DNA of 63,652 nucleotides, filler included, from Circinaria calcarea (Eukaryota): NCBI GenBank assembly GCA_051942165.1. It is 8 parts of 8 records of this genome, joined end to end, with 100 filler letters (N's around TTAATTAATTAA, not from the genome) between each part and the next. Parts side by side here need not be neighbours in the genome. Positions count along the whole stretch, not along the records: positions 55,799 to 63,652 come from JAVECS010001231.1; 7 more parts are not named here. One strand, 5' to 3'. Shown piece by piece: positions 58,994 to 63,652 of this stretch (position 1 is its first letter; each line of letters starts with the position of its first letter). The notes under the pieces were generated by a model. It saw only the letters and a program-made list of their open reading frames with translations, ran no database searches and was not told where the DNA came from. The position numbers and the translations under genes were made by a program.

Positions 58994-60923
58994 ATGGAGG
59001 TCAGCCTGTACGTGTATGACCTCTCCAAGGTTGATTTCCATCGCCCAGATTATGCCAAATGGTAGCTAATTTAATTTACAAGGGTCTTGCGAGACAGGTT
59101 AGAAACTTATATGCCCAAGAGGCCGTCCGATACATGAACTAAACTCTGCTTTCAGTATTCACGCGGCTTCCTTGGCACACAGATCGATGCCGTTTACCAT
59201 ACCTCCCTTGTCTTTGGTGGGATAGAATATTTCTTTGGAGCCGGGGTGCAGACATGCTATCCTGGGGCTACTCACCATGGTCAACCCATGGAGATAATTT
59301 CCATGGGGGTGACCGAGCTTGAGATGGATGTCATCTTAGAGTATCTCGAGTCGTTGAAAATCATATATACACCAGAGGTACGGCATGCGAACAGTCTATC
59401 CCATTGATCAAACTGATGTCATATAGTCTTACGATTTGTTTCTCCACAACTGTAACAACTTTTCCAACGATTTCGCCTTGTTCCTAGTAGGCAAGCAGAT
59501 TCCTAGCCACATTACATCCCTGCCTCAAACCGTCCTGAATACACCTTTCGGGCAGATGTTACGACCTCAGATAGATAGTGCTATGCGCGAGATAACACAA
59601 GTCCCGGTAGCACCGACCGCAGTTCCTCAATCAGGCACCGGAAAACCTACCTCGAATGGCATATCACGGACCACTAACGGGCAAATGGTAACAAGTGGGG
59701 GCGAGAAGCCAATATTCACAGGTAAAGTCCATAATGTGACAAGGCTTCAAGAGCTGGACGAATTGTTGGCTTTTGCTAGGAAAAGCTGCGCCGTCATCTT
59801 CTTTACATCTTCAACATGCGCTCCATGCAAAATAGTCTATCCTGCATACGACGAACTTGCAGCAGAGGCCGGTAGCAAAGCCCTGTTTATCAAGATCGAC
59901 CTTAACAAGAGTTATGAAATTGGGAGCAAATATAAAGTTCGAGCAACACCCACGTTTATGACCTTCTTACACACTGAGAAGGTTGACGAATGGTCCGGTG
60001 CGAATGAAGGTCAGCTGAGAGGCAACGTCCGTATGTTGATTCAAATGGCACACCCACCTCATCCTCACAGCCAACTCGGACTACCTACTCTTCAGGGACC
60101 ACATCGAAAATACATACTATACGCGAAACCACCTCCGTTAGATAAGTTGATCGCCAAACTCGGCTCCAAAGGAACCGATCCTTCAGTAGTCGCACTAAAA
60201 GACTTCATCACAACTCGCACATCTTCTCCCGCAGCCTCTGCTCCGATTCCGCCTCTTCCCGAAGTGAGCGCTTTTATTCGCTCTTCTCTTGACCATACAC
60301 CTTCAACTCTTCTCTTCCCACTCATAGACCTTCTTCGATCAGCTCTAGTCGATCCGCGAGTGAGTGGATATTTTGCGGAAGAACAGTCCCACGGTACTAT
60401 CCTTGCGATTCTCAACCACGTAGTGTCCCTAGGCGAGGAGTGTCCCCACACTTTGCGCATTGTCACCTTGCAAATGGCCTGCAATCTCTTCAGCTCCTCC
60501 TTGTTCGTACCACAGCTCCTTGGCAATCCAGAACTTCTTACACCGTTGATTTACCTTATAACTTCCTCACTCTTGGACACTACTCACGCACCAGTCCGCG
60601 TTTCAGCTGCCTCCTTGGCTCTCAATGTTACTGCCGTCAATCATCAGCACCGGCTGGAGCAGAAGGCAGATTTGCTCCCAGAAAGCGCTCAGGTGGAGCT
60701 AGCAGCGAGCTTCCTAGAGTCATTGGAACGAGAGAAGGAGAGTACAGAAGTGTTACACGGTATCACCCTTTCTCTCGGACTTTTGGCATATGGCTGCGCC
60801 AAGGAAGGAGAATTGAGAGACCTATTAGATGCAATGGATGCGAAAAATATAGTCGAGGTTAAGATGAGAACGACAGACAAAGAACAGGCCCTGTTCAAGG
60901 AGGTAATGCAGGTCGTTAAGTAG
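58994..60923 (+). CDS. PPPDE (DeSI) peptidase - thioredoxin - PUL domain protein
   Basis: [12 protein letters not shown] / GLARQ (15-nt exon 59083-59097) / ...AVYHTSLV...EYFFG... / [12 protein letters not shown] (His-Cys dyad). Trx-like [13 protein letters not shown]-like [11 protein letters not shown]...ACNLF. Confidence 0.88.
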
Positions 60924-61503
60924 TACTCGCTTTGCTTCTATTGGATGTCAGCATAGCATGGCGCATGTACTCCGTAGAACATTGAGCAATTAGTTGTATC
61001 AGATACATAGAACGATCAATTTTGCAATAACTGGTCCACCCACTCATGGTATCTCAAGGAAATGTACTTCAAATGTAGGTATAATTACTACCATACACGG
61101 AGTAATTGCGATTTCATTTTTATTAGGGCATTGTCTGTTTCTCGCCTATCCGCCAATCAATATCTTGCCGCATGTTTACTCTCAATTCGCGCTGCCGCTC
61201 TCTCTGGGCCACACTTAATCTCCAAACCGTTCGTGACATGATCTTCATCATCAATTGGCAATTGTCGCAGCGAATCAGAGTTGGTCTTGCCACTACTTCA
61301 TGTGTGAGTAAAGGTGAATTGAATGTCACATCTTGGAGGACTCCAGAATTTAAGAAGTCGCGCCGCCTCTCGCTAGGAAGCTCGGACCCCGGTCGGAGAT
61401 CATTGTTTATCTCGGATTTATGCCAGTCGCCGAATGAATGTATGGTGTAACAAGAATAAGATACAAAGAGATAATCCACAACGTACAGTGTCTCTTGATA
61501 GCA

Positions 61504-63614
61504 ATGGCTCTTGATGCCAGAGGGTTCCCTGGAGTAGCTGCTGAGGTTCGACCAAAGTCGTCTGCGTCCTCACCGTCGCTGCGCGCACGAGAGTCTGAAA
61601 TCATTCCTATGGGCCGAAGTACGCCAGAGAACGGGGGAGGCAATGTGCGGGTGGTGGTGAGAGTCCGGGGTTTTCTACCTAGAGGTAGGTATTCAATTGC
61701 GACTGTAAACAGCAAATTGCTTACCGTAACGCAGAGATCGAGAGAGGAGCAGAATGTCTCATCGAGATGAATCCTCAGACCCAATCAACAAAACTACTCA
61801 TACCAAACACCAGTGACCCCGCGAACTCTAGGTCACAAAGCCGAAAAGTCATAGAGGAAAAGAAGTTTACATTTGACAATTCTTTCTGGTCGCATGACAC
61901 CTCCGACCCACACTATGCACACCAGGAAGACATTTACAATGCCCTTGGTGAAGACTTTCTGGACCACAACTTCGAAGGATACCATACCTGTATCTTCGCC
62001 TATGGCCAGACCGGGTCGGGCAAATCCTATACAATGATGGGCACACCTGCTCAACCAGGTCTCATTCCCCGAACTTGCGAAGATCTCTTCCAACGCATTG
62101 AATCGAGCACTTCCCCTAACATATCCTACACCGTTCGCGTCTCATACTTTGAGGTTTACAACGAACACGTCCGAGATCTCCTTGCGCCGCCCCGTCCTTC
62201 AACTTCTGACAACCCATACTACCTCAAAATCCGTGAGCATCCCACTGAAGGCCCCTACATCAAAGACCTTACCGACCTTCCCGTCAAAAATTACCACGAA
62301 CTTCTCCGTTACATGCGCGTTGGTGACGCTTCTCGTACTACCGCTTCCACGAAAATGAATGATACCTCTTCCCGCTCCCACGCCGTTTTTACGATTATGC
62401 TCAAACAGATTCACCACGACCTCTCTACCGACTCCACCACCGAACGTCTAGCCCGTATCCGCCTCGTCGACTTGGCAGGCAGCGAGCGCGCCAAGGCTAC
62501 GGAGGCCACAGGTGCCCGTCTGCGTGAAGGTAGTAATATTAACAAATCACTCACCACACTTGGCCGGGTCATTGCCGCTCTCGCAGACCCACGCCATGGC
62601 CGGGTACACAACGGAGGGAAGAATAGAAGCAAAGATGTCGTACCATACCGAGACTCTATCCTTACCTGGCTGCTCAAAGACTCCTTGGGTGGCAACAGTA
62701 GAACGGCCATGATCGCCTGCATAGCACCCTCTGACTACGATGAAACGCTTTCTACGCTGCGCTATGCTGATCAGGCTAAACACATCCGTACTCGTGCCAT
62801 TGTCAACCAAGATTCAGTCTCTGCCGCCGAGCGTGATGCACAGATCGCAGAGATGCAAAACACGATTCGCGAGCTCCAGGTACAGGTCTCGCTGGCCAAC
62901 CAAGCCGCCAACGAAAGCCAGAAACTCAGAGAAAGGCATGTAGGCGGCCTACACGGCGCAGGCGTCGAAAAGCGAGACGAGAAGTTAGAAGAATACCAAA
63001 TGAAGGTCGAAAGGATGCAACGATTAATGGAAGAAGAAAGACTAGTAGGAGAAAGCAAGATCAGGCAGCTAATGGAGCAAAACGAAGCCCTAAGACTCCA
63101 CCTCAAACTTGCCGTCGAGTCCCTGCGGAACCCTATCCCCGCTGTTCCTCTCCCCAACAACAACAATATCAACAACCCTAAACCCAAACAATCCTCGCCC
63201 AACTACACCAACCGCAGCACCAGCACTACCGCCAGTAATATCAACATCCCTCATTATCCCCCATCCTCCCCCACTTCCTCCATCATAGACCCCATCGACA
63301 ATAACAACAAAGAAAACCGTTCTCCTTCTCCTGAAGAACCCCATCTCGTCTACAGCGACGACAACGACGACAACGACGAATATGAGCCTAGAACCGCAAA
63401 CGCGCACGAAGCGCAAGCGGCAGAGATGCAAGAGTGCATGGGCGAGCTGCTGAAGGATCTCGGCCTCTTCCGGCGCAAGGTGGCAGATGATCGGGAGAGA
63501 TTTGGGGTTGGAGTTGGAGTTGGAACGTCGATGGGGCAGAAACGGGGGACGGAGAAGGGAATGAGAGGAAGGAACAGAGAAAGAGAAGTGTTGGAGGAGA
63601 TAGGCGGGAATTAG
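61504..63614 (+). CDS. uncB: Short kinesin-3 motor (UncB/Nkin3 type)
   Basis: NVRVVVRVR, intron 61685-61733, FTFDNSFWSH, IFAYGQTGSGKSYT, SSRSHAVF, LVDLAGSER, INKSL, VPYRDS, LGGNS. Short coiled-coil tail without FHA/PH. Confidence 0.88.
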
Positions 63615-63652
63615 TGGGAGTGGGGTTGAATAGGAGGGGGAGGGAAAGGGGG

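Overview
Fungal (filamentous ascomycete, Pezizomycotina-type) genomic DNA. The window is not one locus. It is eight unrelated contigs of about 7.87 kb (1-7876, 7977-15850, 15951-23824, 23925-31797, 31898-39766, 39867-47733, 47834-55698, 55799-63652), in descending length order and joined by an artificial 100-nt linker (44 N + TTAATTAATTAA + 44 N). Gene neighbourhood is therefore meaningful only within a contig. Most contigs carry intron-containing housekeeping genes: eIF3b, a SWIB/DEK-C protein, Hel2, Prp2/DHX16, Rcy1, Erd1, Pex10, mitochondrial MetRS, Nxt1, Rpl38, a Bem3-like RhoGAP, a small HSP, an FHA-kinase tail, an eIF4E3-like protein, an EF-hand protein, a PPPDE-Trx-PUL protein and kinesin-3. 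Contig 7 (47834-55698) looks accessory. It holds a co-oriented gene pair: an uncharacterised beta-rich protein with a Ser/Thr/Gly-rich amphipathic beta-hairpin, and a ~1085-aa intracellular ankyrin / LRR-like / subtilisin (S8) protease. MITE-like inverted repeats and RIP-like AT-rich DNA lie between and downstream of the two genes. The pair resembles the logic of fungal gasdermin-protease (het-Q) cell-death clusters, but I see no gasdermin motifs in the partner, so it is a candidate protease-activated pore-former immunity or allorecognition module. Other observations are a five-exon 88-aa microprotein gene and RPL38 (both missed by the ORF track), a RIP-like degraded Cys-cluster pseudogene, and a 6.5-kb gene-free region with clustered CATTCT sites. 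All family calls come from motif recognition by eye; no searches were run.
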